A DNA stretch of 24,000 nucleotides from Nitrososphaerota archaeon (GCA_016193005.1 JACPTA010000048.1:5791-29790); one strand, 5' to 3'; shown: positions 6,250 to 14,046, numbered from the stretch's first letter. Notes: generated from the letters alone by a model not told the origin. Numbers and translations are program-made.

Positions 6250-7266
6250 GTGCAAGAAAGGAAGAGGTACCTTAGCAGAGCGGTAAAGAGCATCGAGGTC
6301 GGAGGCAAGACTGTCTCCAAACTTCTCGAGGAGATGTCGGACACGGGATTCCAAGGCAAGAGGCTTGGCGAAGTTGCGAGAATTTGGGTCGAGATGCTGC
6401 ACCAGAAAGGACTGACCATCTTCCTAGGCTACTCGGGCTCGATGAGCACGACGGGGCAGTGGAAGCTCGTGAAGTGGTTGATCGAGAACAGGTTCATCGA
6501 CGTCCTCGTCAGTACGGGCGCGAACATATCCGAGGATATCCTGGATGCGATGGGCTACGGCTTCTATCAAGGCAGTTGGCTGGCGGACGACAAGAAGCTG
6601 CTCGACCTCAAGATAGACAGATTCTACGACGTCTATTCGGACGAGCACGAGTACAGGAAGATGGAGAACCTCATCCAGAGCTTCGGTTCAACGCTCGACG
6701 CTTCCAGAGCGTACTCGACGAGGGAGTTCCTCTACGAGTTTGGCAAGTTCCAGTCAAAGGAGGGAATCATGAGCATCACCGCCGCGGCATACGAGCAGAA
6801 GGTTCCAGTCTACTCTCCGGGGCTGATTGACAGCGGTTACGGAGTGGCCCTCAGCCTCCTCATGAGGGAGGGAAAACACATCCGGCTCGATCAGACTCAG
6901 GACATGGAGGAGCTCGTCCAGATAGCGGACAAGAGCAGGAGGACAGGTGTCGTCTACATCGGAGGAGGCGTACCGAAGGATACGATCCAGCTCTCGACTG
7001 TCATCAAGTCCCTCACCAATGGGGGAGACGAGGAGACCCCGCACGAGTACGCGATCCAGATCACAACCGACAGCCCCCAGTGGGGAGGACTCTCAGGGTG
7101 TACACTCGAAGAGGCCATAAGCTGGGGAAAGATAACGACGAACTCGAAGAAGAGATCGACGGTGTACTGCGATGCAACGATAGCCCTCCCGCTGGTCACA
7201 CAGGCAATTCACGAGACGGTGAAGAAGCGGACGTACAAGCCCGACCTTAGCTGGGTCTTCGCGTAA
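6250..7266 (+). CDS. dys: Deoxyhypusine synthase
   Basis: GYSGSMSTTGQWKLVKWLIENRFIDVLVSTGANISEDI, IGGGVPKD and SPQWGGLSG are characteristic DHS blocks. The start is GTG at 6250, preceded by an A/T-rich stretch at 6211-6230. Confidence 0.88.
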   Translation: MQERKRYLSRAVKSIEVGGKTVSKLLEEMSDTGFQGKRLGEVARIWVEMLHQKGLTIFLGYSGSMSTTGQWKLVKWLIENRFIDVLVSTGANISEDILDAMGYGFYQGSWLADDKKLLDLKIDRFYDVYSDEHEYRKMENLIQSFGSTLDASRAYSTREFLYEFGKFQSKEGIMSITAAAYEQKVPVYSPGLIDSGYGVALSLLMREGKHIRLDQTQDMEELVQIADKSRRTGVVYIGGGVPKDTIQLSTVIKSLTNGGDEETPHEYAIQITTDSPQWGGLSGCTLEEAISWGKITTNSKKRSTVYCDATIALPLVTQAIHETVKKRTYKPDLSWVFA

Positions 7267-7306
7267 AGGATTTATCAATGCGGCGTCATTCTTCCATCCG
7301 AACGTA

Positions 7307-8056
7307 ATGGAGCAGACAAGGTCGAGAGTGCACATAATCGAGGAGGCAGCCTCAGGGCTATCGAGACCCAACATAATCGTTGGAGTGCCCGAGGTGGGGC
7401 TTGTCGGAACGATATCCGCATCTTATCTCATCCAACAGCTGAATCTTCCTGAGATTGCCTTCGTGGACTCGGACCTGATGCCTCAGGTGATCGTTGTACA
7501 CGAATCAGTGCCGAAGCATCCCGTGCGCATCTACGGGAAGGGAGACCTGGCAATCGTGATAGCTGAAACCCCGTTGACTCCGAGGCTCTCTTCAGAGTTT
7601 ACGGCGGAATTGACAAGGTGGGCGAGGGGGAAGGAAGCGAAGATCATAATCGGTGTCACCGGTATTCCATCCAGAAAAAGAGAGATGTCGGCGGAGGACA
7701 AGTCGAACGTATTTGTGGTGACCAATGACGTCAGGCTTAATGAGCGACTGAAACAGCATGGGACTCGGGTCTTCGAAGAAGGGCTAATGGTGGGTGCATA
7801 CGCGGCCCTGCTGGCAAATTGCATGACGGCGGGTGTGACGAGCCTCACGCTGCTCGCCGAGTCGCTTCAGCAGTTCCCTGACCCTGGGGCTGCGGCCTCG
7901 GTGATCGAGGTCTTGGAGAAGCTCCTCGAGCTGAAGGTGAACCTCAAGCCCCTGCTTGACGAATCTGAAGAGATCCGGGTCAAGAGCAGGGAACTGATGA
8001 GCACCACCCAGGCGGTCCAGCAGGGGACCCAGAAGCCGGCCGGGGTATACACCTAG
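7307..8056 (+). CDS. PAC2-family proteasome assembly chaperone (PbaA/PbaB-like)
   Basis: IIVGVPEVGLVGTISASYLI is the PAC2-type N-terminal glycine-rich block. The C-terminus ends in VYT, which fits a hydrophobic-Tyr-X (HbYX) proteasome-docking motif. Confidence 0.7.
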   Translation: MEQTRSRVHIIEEAASGLSRPNIIVGVPEVGLVGTISASYLIQQLNLPEIAFVDSDLMPQVIVVHESVPKHPVRIYGKGDLAIVIAETPLTPRLSSEFTAELTRWARGKEAKIIIGVTGIPSRKREMSAEDKSNVFVVTNDVRLNERLKQHGTRVFEEGLMVGAYAALLANCMTAGVTSLTLLAESLQQFPDPGAAASVIEVLEKLLELKVNLKPLLDESEEIRVKSRELMSTTQAVQQGTQKPAGVYT

Positions 8057-8066
8057 GTGAGATGGC

Positions 8067-8495
8067 TTGTGGGAAGACGAGTCTGATCTGTTCGATGAGA
8101 TGGAGAGGAGGGTTCATGCCCTTCTCCATCAGACCATGGCCGGGATGCATGACAGCCTCTTTGACATTGACTCAAAGTCCCTGAAGCCGCTCTACAGGAT
8201 TGAGGTCAGCGATGAGCAGCTGATTGTCACGTTCGACCTCCCCTACGTGAGGAAGGAGGATATCTCGCTGACATCGACTGAAGAAACTCTCAGCATCGAG
8301 GCAAAGATGAAGAGACCGGTCACGATGAGGCTCGGTGGGTCGATTCAGAGACACTTTCAATTTGAAAAATACTCAAAGAAGATTAGGTTGCCTCTTCGGG
8401 TGAATCCGGATGATGCCAGGGCCATGTTCCGGAACGGACTCCTCGCCGTCAGCTACAGTACGGCGCACAAGGGGAACGCGGTCAAGGTAGTATAG
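8067..8495 (+). CDS. hsp20: Small heat-shock protein, Hsp20/alpha-crystallin family
   Basis: The alpha-crystallin domain pattern is present: YRIEVSDEQLIVTFDLPYVRKEDISLTSTEETLSIEAK...FEKYSKKIRLPLRVNPDDARAMFRNGLLAVSY. The start is uncertain, either TTG 8067 or the in-frame ATG 8100. Confidence 0.8.
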   Translation: MWEDESDLFDEMERRVHALLHQTMAGMHDSLFDIDSKSLKPLYRIEVSDEQLIVTFDLPYVRKEDISLTSTEETLSIEAKMKRPVTMRLGGSIQRHFQFEKYSKKIRLPLRVNPDDARAMFRNGLLAVSYSTAHKGNAVKVV

Positions 8496-8539
8496 GCGTG
8501 CTCGCTAACTTTTAGAACCGCTCCGGGGCGCAGCCATTG

Positions 8540-9526
8540 ATGAAAGATTTCAGAGTCTATGTTTCGACTAACGAGGTCCCGGCTCAGGCCTTGGAAATCG
8601 TGGGGTCAATCGCAAAGGTGAAAGTCTACGAAGGGAAAGCGGCTCCTCCGAGGGGGACACTCCTCAAGGAGGTGCAAGAGGTGGATGGGCTGTTCTGCAT
8701 ACTCACGGAGAAGGTCGACGGAGAGCTGTTAGACCGGGCGAAGAAGCTCAAGATTGTTGCGAACATGGCAGTCGGATACGACAACATAGACCTGGCCGAG
8801 GCAACGAAGAGGAAGGTGATGGTTACCAACACACCTGGAGTTCTGACGGAGACCGTGGCCGACGCTACGATGGCGCTCATGCTCGCGGTCGCGAGGAGGG
8901 TGGTGGAGGCAGACAGGTACGTCAGGGAGGGGGGATGGAAGCTCAGGTGGAGTCCGATGATGATGGTCGGGAGCGACGTCTATGGGAAGACTCTCGGGAT
9001 CTATGGCCTGGGGAGGATAGGCGCGGCGGTGGCGAAGAGAGCAACGGGTTTTGGGATGAAGCTTCTCTACTATGACGCCGTCAGAAACGAGGGCCTCGAG
9101 AGGGGGTATGGCATCGAGTACGTCACCTTCGACCGCCTTCTCAGAGAGAGCGATTTTCTCAGCGTTCACGTTCCGCTTCTCCCTGAGACAAAGAAGAGCG
9201 TCGGCGCGAGAGAGTTCGCCCTGATGAAGAGGAGCGCCTACTTAATCAACACGGCGAGGGGCAGCGTTGTGGACGAAGCGGCGTTGATCGTGGCATTGAA
9301 GGACGGAAGGATAGCGGGAGCGGGACTGGACGTATTCGAGGATGAGCCCGTCAACCCGAAGAACGGACTGCTCAAGATGGAGAACGTCGTTCTCGCCCCT
9401 CACATGGCGAGCGGAAGCATAGAGACTAGGACCGCGATGGCAGTAATGGCTGCCAGGAACATCGTGGCTGCATTGAAAGGCGAAGCCCCTCCCGACCTGC
9501 TGAACAAGGAGGTCCTGAACAGGTGA
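8540..9526 (+). CDS. gyaR: D-isomer-specific 2-hydroxyacid dehydrogenase (glyoxylate/hydroxypyruvate reductase-like)
   Basis: GIYGLGRIGAAVAKRATGFGM is an NAD-binding Rossmann motif. NTARGSVVDEAAL and the catalytic HMASGS region are also present. The track ORF starts at TTG 8537, immediately followed by ATG 8540, which I prefer. Confidence 0.85.
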   Translation: MKDFRVYVSTNEVPAQALEIVGSIAKVKVYEGKAAPPRGTLLKEVQEVDGLFCILTEKVDGELLDRAKKLKIVANMAVGYDNIDLAEATKRKVMVTNTPGVLTETVADATMALMLAVARRVVEADRYVREGGWKLRWSPMMMVGSDVYGKTLGIYGLGRIGAAVAKRATGFGMKLLYYDAVRNEGLERGYGIEYVTFDRLLRESDFLSVHVPLLPETKKSVGAREFALMKRSAYLINTARGSVVDEAALIVALKDGRIAGAGLDVFEDEPVNPKNGLLKMENVVLAPHMASGSIETRTAMAVMAARNIVAALKGEAPPDLLNKEVLNR

Positions 9527-9604
9527 CGGAACGAGTTCGCAACATCTCTTGGTTGACCAACCGATAGAAACTTTCTTAAGATTAGACGTGAGGGTAGGAC
9601 AGGT

Positions 9605-11929
9605 ATGTCCGCAGTCCAGGTCGCGGTTACAAGGAAGCAGCTTGTTGGAACTTCTCAGAAAAGGATGGAGGACCCGAAATTTGTCAGCGGGTCAGGAAGG
9701 TACATCGACGACATCAAACTTCCGGGCATGCTGTACGCAGCCTTCGTGAGGAGCCCGCACGCCCACGCAAGGGTACTGAAGATTGATGCGTCGAAGGCGC
9801 TCAAGCAGCCCGGTGTGAAGGCGGTGCTCACCAATGACGAGCTGAAGGGAATCAAGAACATGCCGACGGTCGAAGACGAGCCCGAGACAGTAGCCACCCC
9901 CCGGCCCGTTCTTGCTTCGAAGGAAGTTAACTACGCGGGGGAGGCAGTCGCACTCCTCCTCGCCGAGAGCAAGTATGCGGCCGAGGATGCCTTGGAACTC
10001 GTCGAGGTGGAATACGAGCCGCTTGACCCCGTTCACGACCTTGAGGCTGCGATGAAGGCCGAGTCGGCGAAGGTTCATGATTATGCGCCGAGCAACCTCT
10101 CTTATCACTTTGTGTATGAGAACGGGGATGTCGAGGGCGCGTTTCGGCAGGCTGATGAGGTGGTCAAGGTCGACCTCGTCAACCAGAGAATCCATCCGCT
10201 GCCCCTCGAACCGAGGGGAGTGATTGCGAGTTATGACTCGGGGAACGATCTTCTGACGATCTGGCTCTCGACTCAAGACCCGCACGGGATGAGGAACTCG
10301 ATCGCGGATGTCCTCAACGTCCCGGCTGCCAAGGTGAGGCTCATCGCGCCGGACGTGGGAGGAGGGTTCGGCTGCAAGGGAAGCATGTACCCTGAAGACG
10401 TCGCGGTCTCGTACGCTTCCATGCACGTCGGGAGACCCGTGAAGTGGGTGGAGAGCCGAAGGGAGAACCTCCTGACCACGATCCACGGCAGAGGACAGAA
10501 GCAGCACGCGGAGCTCGCCGTGAGGAGAGACGGACGAATCCTCGGTCTGAAGATAAAGATTGTCTCAGACGCCGGCGCCTACACGACCGGACTGAACGTG
10601 GAGATACCGAAACTTACCTACAAGATGGGGACGGGTGTCTACGATATTGGCGCCTATATGGCCGAGATTTTCTCGATCTTCACGAACGAGGTGCCTCAGG
10701 AGGCGTACAGGGGAGCAGGCAGACCTGAAGCCGCCTACCTTATCGAGAGGTCGATGAACATTGTCGCCAGGAAGCTCAGGCTGGATCCTGTGAAGATCAG
10801 GCAGGTCAACTTCATCGCCAAGGACAAATTCCCGTTCAGGACTCCTTCGGGGTACACCTACGACAGCGGAGACTATCACGGTAATCTCCAGAAGGCGCTT
10901 GAGGTGTCAAGCTACGAGAGGCTCAAGGCCGAACAGAGGGAGGCCAGGGAACTCGGAAGGCTCGTCGGGATAGGGCTTGTAACCTGGGTCGAGGTCTGCG
11001 GGTTCGCGCCCGGCTTCGGGCAGACGGCGGCGATCACTGTAACGAAGACCGGCGACGTAATCATAACGGCCGGCGGCCATCCGCACGGCCAGGGCCACGC
11101 GACTCCGCTTGCGCAGATAGTGGCGGACGAGCTCGGGGTCGACCTATCAAAGATAACCGTGGTACACGGCGACACGAGCATGCTACCATGGAGCTCGGTT
11201 ACCGCGGGCAGCAGGTCAGCGCCGCTCACTGGGAGCGCCGTCCTGCTCTCTGCAAGAAAGGTTAGGGACAAGATGAGCAAGATAGCGGCCCACAAGCTCG
11301 GATTGAAGGACGCGAAGCTTGCCTTCGAGGGTGGAAAGATCTTCCCGAATGGTGACGGGGGCAAGGGTCTGACTTTCGAGAAGGTCGCCGACTTGGCCTA
11401 CGACGGGGAGAAGATCCCGCCGGGGATGGAGCCTACCCTCTTTGAATACACGGCCTTCTCACCTGCCAACTACACCTTCCCGTTCGGGACGCACATCGCC
11501 ATGGTCGAGGTGGAGAAAGAGACAGGGGTAGTGAAGATCTTGAAGTACTTCGCGACCGACGACTGTGGGAAGTTGATCAACCCGATGGTGGTCGAGGGGC
11601 AGGTGCACGGAGGAGTGGTGCAGGGGATCGGCCAGGCCATGATTGAAGAGATTGTCTACGATGATAACGGGCAGCTTCTCACGTCGACCCTCGCCGATTA
11701 CGTGATACCGTCCGCGGAATCGCTTGTCGAAATCGTATGGAACAGGACCGAGACACCGACTTATGCAAACCCGCTTGGGGTAAAGGGGATAGGTGAAGCG
11801 GGGACCATAGCGGCCACGCCGGTGATAGTCAACGCTGTCGAGGACGCGCTCTCCCCGTACGACGTGACTGTGGAACGAATGCCTCTCAGGTCAGACTACG
11901 TGCGATCACTGATCAAGGGGTCGGGCTAG
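9605..11929 (+). CDS. Molybdopterin-dependent hydroxylase large subunit, xanthine dehydrogenase/CoxL family (form II CoxL-like)
   Basis: 774 aa. It has the typical N-terminal RxEDxxFVxGxGxYxDD, and the active-site loop reads AYRGAGR (form II/other type, not the VAYRCSFR of bona fide CO dehydrogenases). GVKGIGEAG lies near the C-terminus. Confidence 0.85.
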   Translation: MSAVQVAVTRKQLVGTSQKRMEDPKFVSGSGRYIDDIKLPGMLYAAFVRSPHAHARVLKIDASKALKQPGVKAVLTNDELKGIKNMPTVEDEPETVATPRPVLASKEVNYAGEAVALLLAESKYAAEDALELVEVEYEPLDPVHDLEAAMKAESAKVHDYAPSNLSYHFVYENGDVEGAFRQADEVVKVDLVNQRIHPLPLEPRGVIASYDSGNDLLTIWLSTQDPHGMRNSIADVLNVPAAKVRLIAPDVGGGFGCKGSMYPEDVAVSYASMHVGRPVKWVESRRENLLTTIHGRGQKQHAELAVRRDGRILGLKIKIVSDAGAYTTGLNVEIPKLTYKMGTGVYDIGAYMAEIFSIFTNEVPQEAYRGAGRPEAAYLIERSMNIVARKLRLDPVKIRQVNFIAKDKFPFRTPSGYTYDSGDYHGNLQKALEVSSYERLKAEQREARELGRLVGIGLVTWVEVCGFAPGFGQTAAITVTKTGDVIITAGGHPHGQGHATPLAQIVADELGVDLSKITVVHGDTSMLPWSSVTAGSRSAPLTGSAVLLSARKVRDKMSKIAAHKLGLKDAKLAFEGGKIFPNGDGGKGLTFEKVADLAYDGEKIPPGMEPTLFEYTAFSPANYTFPFGTHIAMVEVEKETGVVKILKYFATDDCGKLINPMVVEGQVHGGVVQGIGQAMIEEIVYDDNGQLLTSTLADYVIPSAESLVEIVWNRTETPTYANPLGVKGIGEAGTIAATPVIVNAVEDALSPYDVTVERMPLRSDYVRSLIKGSG

Positions 11930-13152
11930 CCCCTCTCCACTGTTGCCGTCCTCTCCTCGCCGATGGAGACCAGGCTCACCTTCACCTTCAGTTCCCTCTC
12001 AAGGTATTCGACAAAAGCGTCGACCGCGCGCGGGAGCTTGGCCCTGGTCAACTCGAGGCCGAGGAATGACTGCAGGTCCTCGTAGACGGGAAGTACCTTG
12101 TCTATGAATGGGAGGGCGCTGGAGAACTCCGTGATCTCACGCCCGTTCTGCCTGTAGGCAACGCAGACCTTCATCTCGCCCACCTTGGTCAGTATGTCGA
12201 GTTTGGTGAGGGCGATCTCGTCCACACCGTTCAGCCTGACAGCGTACTTCATCGCGACGAGGTCGAACCAGCCGATTCTCCTGGGCCTTCCCGTCGTGGC
12301 CCCGTACTCTTTGCCGATCTCCCGCATTGAGTCGGCAACCCTCCCGCTTATCTCCGTCGGGAAGGGACCGCTTCCGACCCGGGTCGTGTACGCCTTCGCC
12401 ACGCCCAGCACCTTTCCCTCAGACTTGGCTGGAATTCCCAAGCTCGCGGGTACGTAGCTCGCGAGGGTGTGCCCCCCTGTCACATAGGGATAGGTCCCAT
12501 GGATGAGGTCAAGAAGAACACCCTGCGCCCCCTCGAATATGACTGACTTTCCGGATGCGTTCAGCTCGAGGATTGCTGCCCCGACATCGCCGATTCTCCC
12601 ACGCAGAACCTCGCGGGCGCTTTCAGTCCAGCGCGTGAGGTCCGGAATGTCCTTTGCGAAGAGACTGTAGAGGGCTTTCGCCGATGCGAGGTCGAAGGTT
12701 CCCAATCCTAGGTCCATCGCACGAGGGATCACCCTCAGGGCGCGCATGGCGTAGGCAGGCCCGATTCCCCTCTTGGTGGTCCCCAGCGCCTTCGGGCCCC
12801 TGGCCTTCTCGATAATCGCGTCCATCTCCTTCTCAAGCGGGGAGACAAGCGTACACCTACCGTCAATCGTCAGGTCGATCTTGATTCCTTCTTTCTTTGC
12901 GAGGTCGAGTTCTTCCTTGAGGGTGATTGGGTCGAGGACGACCCCCGGACCTATGAAGAGCCTCTTTCTCTTCAGCAGCCCTGACGGGAGCAGATGGAAG
13001 ACGTAGGTCCTGTTGCCAAAGACTATCGTGTGGCCGGCGTTACTGCCTCCGTTGTACCTGGCGACGCCGTCGAACCTCCCCGCGTGGTAGTCGACGATCT
13101 TCCCTTTTCCCTCGTCCCCCCACTGGAGCCCGATAATGGAGAGGTTCTCCAA
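11926..13152 (-). CDS. purA: Adenylosuccinate synthetase
   Basis: GLQWGDEGKGKIVDY P-loop, GTTKRGIGPAY and GATTGRPRR are present. TTG 13152 is the only plausible start, since no ATG or GTG lies in frame nearby. Confidence 0.93.
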   Translation of the reverse strand: MENLSIIGLQWGDEGKGKIVDYHAGRFDGVARYNGGSNAGHTIVFGNRTYVFHLLPSGLLKRKRLFIGPGVVLDPITLKEELDLAKKEGIKIDLTIDGRCTLVSPLEKEMDAIIEKARGPKALGTTKRGIGPAYAMRALRVIPRAMDLGLGTFDLASAKALYSLFAKDIPDLTRWTESAREVLRGRIGDVGAAILELNASGKSVIFEGAQGVLLDLIHGTYPYVTGGHTLASYVPASLGIPAKSEGKVLGVAKAYTTRVGSGPFPTEISGRVADSMREIGKEYGATTGRPRRIGWFDLVAMKYAVRLNGVDEIALTKLDILTKVGEMKVCVAYRQNGREITEFSSALPFIDKVLPVYEDLQSFLGLELTRAKLPRAVDAFVEYLERELKVKVSLVSIGEERTATVERG

Positions 13153-13159
13153 GCCCCCC

Positions 13160-13179
13160 TCACGAAAAATCGTTCGTGA
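13160..13179. promoter_or_regulatory. Inverted repeat TCACGAA-N6-TTCGTGA between a TATA-like element and the purA start
   Basis: The 7-bp arms (13160-13166 and 13173-13179) lie 8-27 nt upstream of the purA TTG. They abut a G-run (AGGGGGGC on the coding strand) that could serve as a Shine-Dalgarno sequence. Confidence 0.3.
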
Positions 13180-13207
13180 TTTAACCTTAATTCGGGCAAC
13201 AGAATTG

Positions 13208-13226
13208 TCTTCATCAGTGATGAAGA
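13208..13226. repeat. Perfect 9+1+9 palindrome TCTTCATCA-G-TGATGAAGA
   Basis: Read directly from the sequence. It lies between the purA upstream region and the tRNA-like fragment. Confidence 0.5.
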
Positions 13227-13228
13227 AG

Positions 13229-13253
13229 CGCTGGTCGTGGGATTCGAACCCAG
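13229..13253 (-). pseudogene. tRNA 3'-end fragment (T-arm plus 3' acceptor strand) with no matching 5' half
   Basis: The minus strand reads CTGGG-TTCGAAT-CCCAC-GACCAGC-G. That is a canonical T-loop (TTCGAAT), a T-stem with one C:C mismatch, a 7-nt acceptor strand and a discriminator. The complementary 5' acceptor GCTGGTC is absent from the neighbourhood. Confidence 0.4.
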
Positions 13254-13258
13254 CAAGT

Positions 13259-13268
13259 CATATATGAT
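13259..13268 (+). promoter_or_regulatory. Palindromic TATA box TCATATATGA, probable tRNA-Ser promoter
   Basis: It is centred about 28 nt upstream of the first tRNA-Ser nucleotide (13292), which is the expected archaeal TATA-to-start spacing. Confidence 0.5.
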
Positions 13269-13291
13269 GTGAATCTCAAGGCATCATTCTC

Positions 13292-13376
13292 GCCGGCGTA
13301 TGGGTAACCTGGTAACCCAGCAGCCTGGAAAGCTGCCGTCCGAAAGGGCTTGCAAGTTCAAATCTTGCCGCCGGCG
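13292..13376 (+). tRNA. tRNA-Ser (anticodon GGA), class II with long variable arm, no encoded CCA
   Basis: Folded by hand as follows. Acceptor GCCGGCG/CGCCGGC. D-arm TGGG-TAACCTGGTAA-CCCA. Anticodon arm GCAGC-CTGGAAA-GCTGC. Variable arm 15 nt, CGTCCGAAAGGGCTT, with a GTCC/GGGC stem. T-arm GCAAG-TTCAAAT-CTTGC. Discriminator G. Total length 85 nt. Confidence 0.8.
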
Positions 13377-13664
13377 CCTTGTCAACATTGCAGAGTGCAA
13401 CATGTTGGCTCTCTTGGATGAATCAACGACTCCTCTCCAGGAGACAGGCTCGCGAGAGTTTCCCAATCTGCGAAGAGACGGGTTATCATGCAGTCGGGCG
13501 CGGAGTTTAGAGAACGCGCAAACCCCGGCCATATTTTCACTGCCAATTCTCGGGAGGATTCACTTTCGACCATGATTTATTACTGCGAGCGTGTTAATTC
13601 TTCTCTCGCTCTAGTTCTTGCTCCTCGGTCGGTGTCCGTCGGATGAAGTTTTTTTCACAGCGAC

Positions 13665-13991
13665 ATGTTCGATGCGCGCGTGCTGGTAGGTACATCTTTA
13701 ATAGAATCCTACGAAAAAATTTTCCATTTGGCGTTCGAACTCATCTGTTCACGGTGCGGCCATACAATCTATTCGGGCTTCGACCTGAGGGCTCCCGCCG
13801 ATGTCCTGAAGCAGTTCGGAGATAGGTGCCAGTCATGCAACACCAAGCTCGTGACGGACGGTTTCAAGGTCGAGGTTCAAAAGTTCGACGGAGCGTTCAC
13901 GCGTCCCCACCAAACATCCACTATAGCAATCCCGACGCGCGTGCGGCATCTGGCTCCGCTCCCCTTGACGGACTCTCAAACGGCCGTCTGA
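13665..13991 (+). CDS. Hypothetical small zinc-ribbon protein (CxxC...CxxC); extent uncertain
   Basis: FELICSRCGHTIYSGFDLRAPADVLKQFGDRCQSCNTKL contains two CxxC pairs about 24 residues apart. The C-terminal ~40 residues look non-protein-like, so the true product may be shorter or the ORF spurious. Confidence 0.35.
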   Translation: MFDARVLVGTSLIESYEKIFHLAFELICSRCGHTIYSGFDLRAPADVLKQFGDRCQSCNTKLVTDGFKVEVQKFDGAFTRPHQTSTIAIPTRVRHLAPLPLTDSQTAV

Positions 13992-14046
13992 CAATCCAGA
14001 AGACGCCATGCGGAGCGCGGCCACTTCTGGCGACCGAATCGCTCTC

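Noticed and set aside
9692-10507. Long ORFs antisense to or out of frame with conserved genes. Examples: 9692..10507 (271 aa, antisense to the CoxL-like gene), 16394..17071 (225 aa), 20325..20984 and 20821..21480 (219 aa each), 881..1429 (182 aa), 326..817 (163 aa), 10912..11364, 4791..5246.
   Set aside because: All lie entirely within strongly recognisable genes on the other strand or frame. Their translations are low-complexity (Arg/Pro/Ser/Gly-rich) with no recognisable motifs. These are the typical shadow ORFs of moderately GC-rich coding DNA.
13208-13270. C/D-box sRNA signals: GTGATGA at 13217-13223, CTGATGA on the minus strand, ATGATGT at 13264-13270.
   Set aside because: No correctly spaced D', C' or D (CTGA) boxes follow any of these candidate C boxes. 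The GTGATGA is simply part of the 19-nt palindrome.
13377-13664. An SRP (7S) RNA gene, since 7S RNA is linked to tRNA-Ser in some methanogens.
   Set aside because: There is no helix-8-like GGAA/GNRA tetraloop flanked by the conserved symmetric-loop sequence on either strand. There are no long GC-rich helices, and the region is shorter than an archaeal SRP RNA (about 300 nt) once the hairpins are accounted for.
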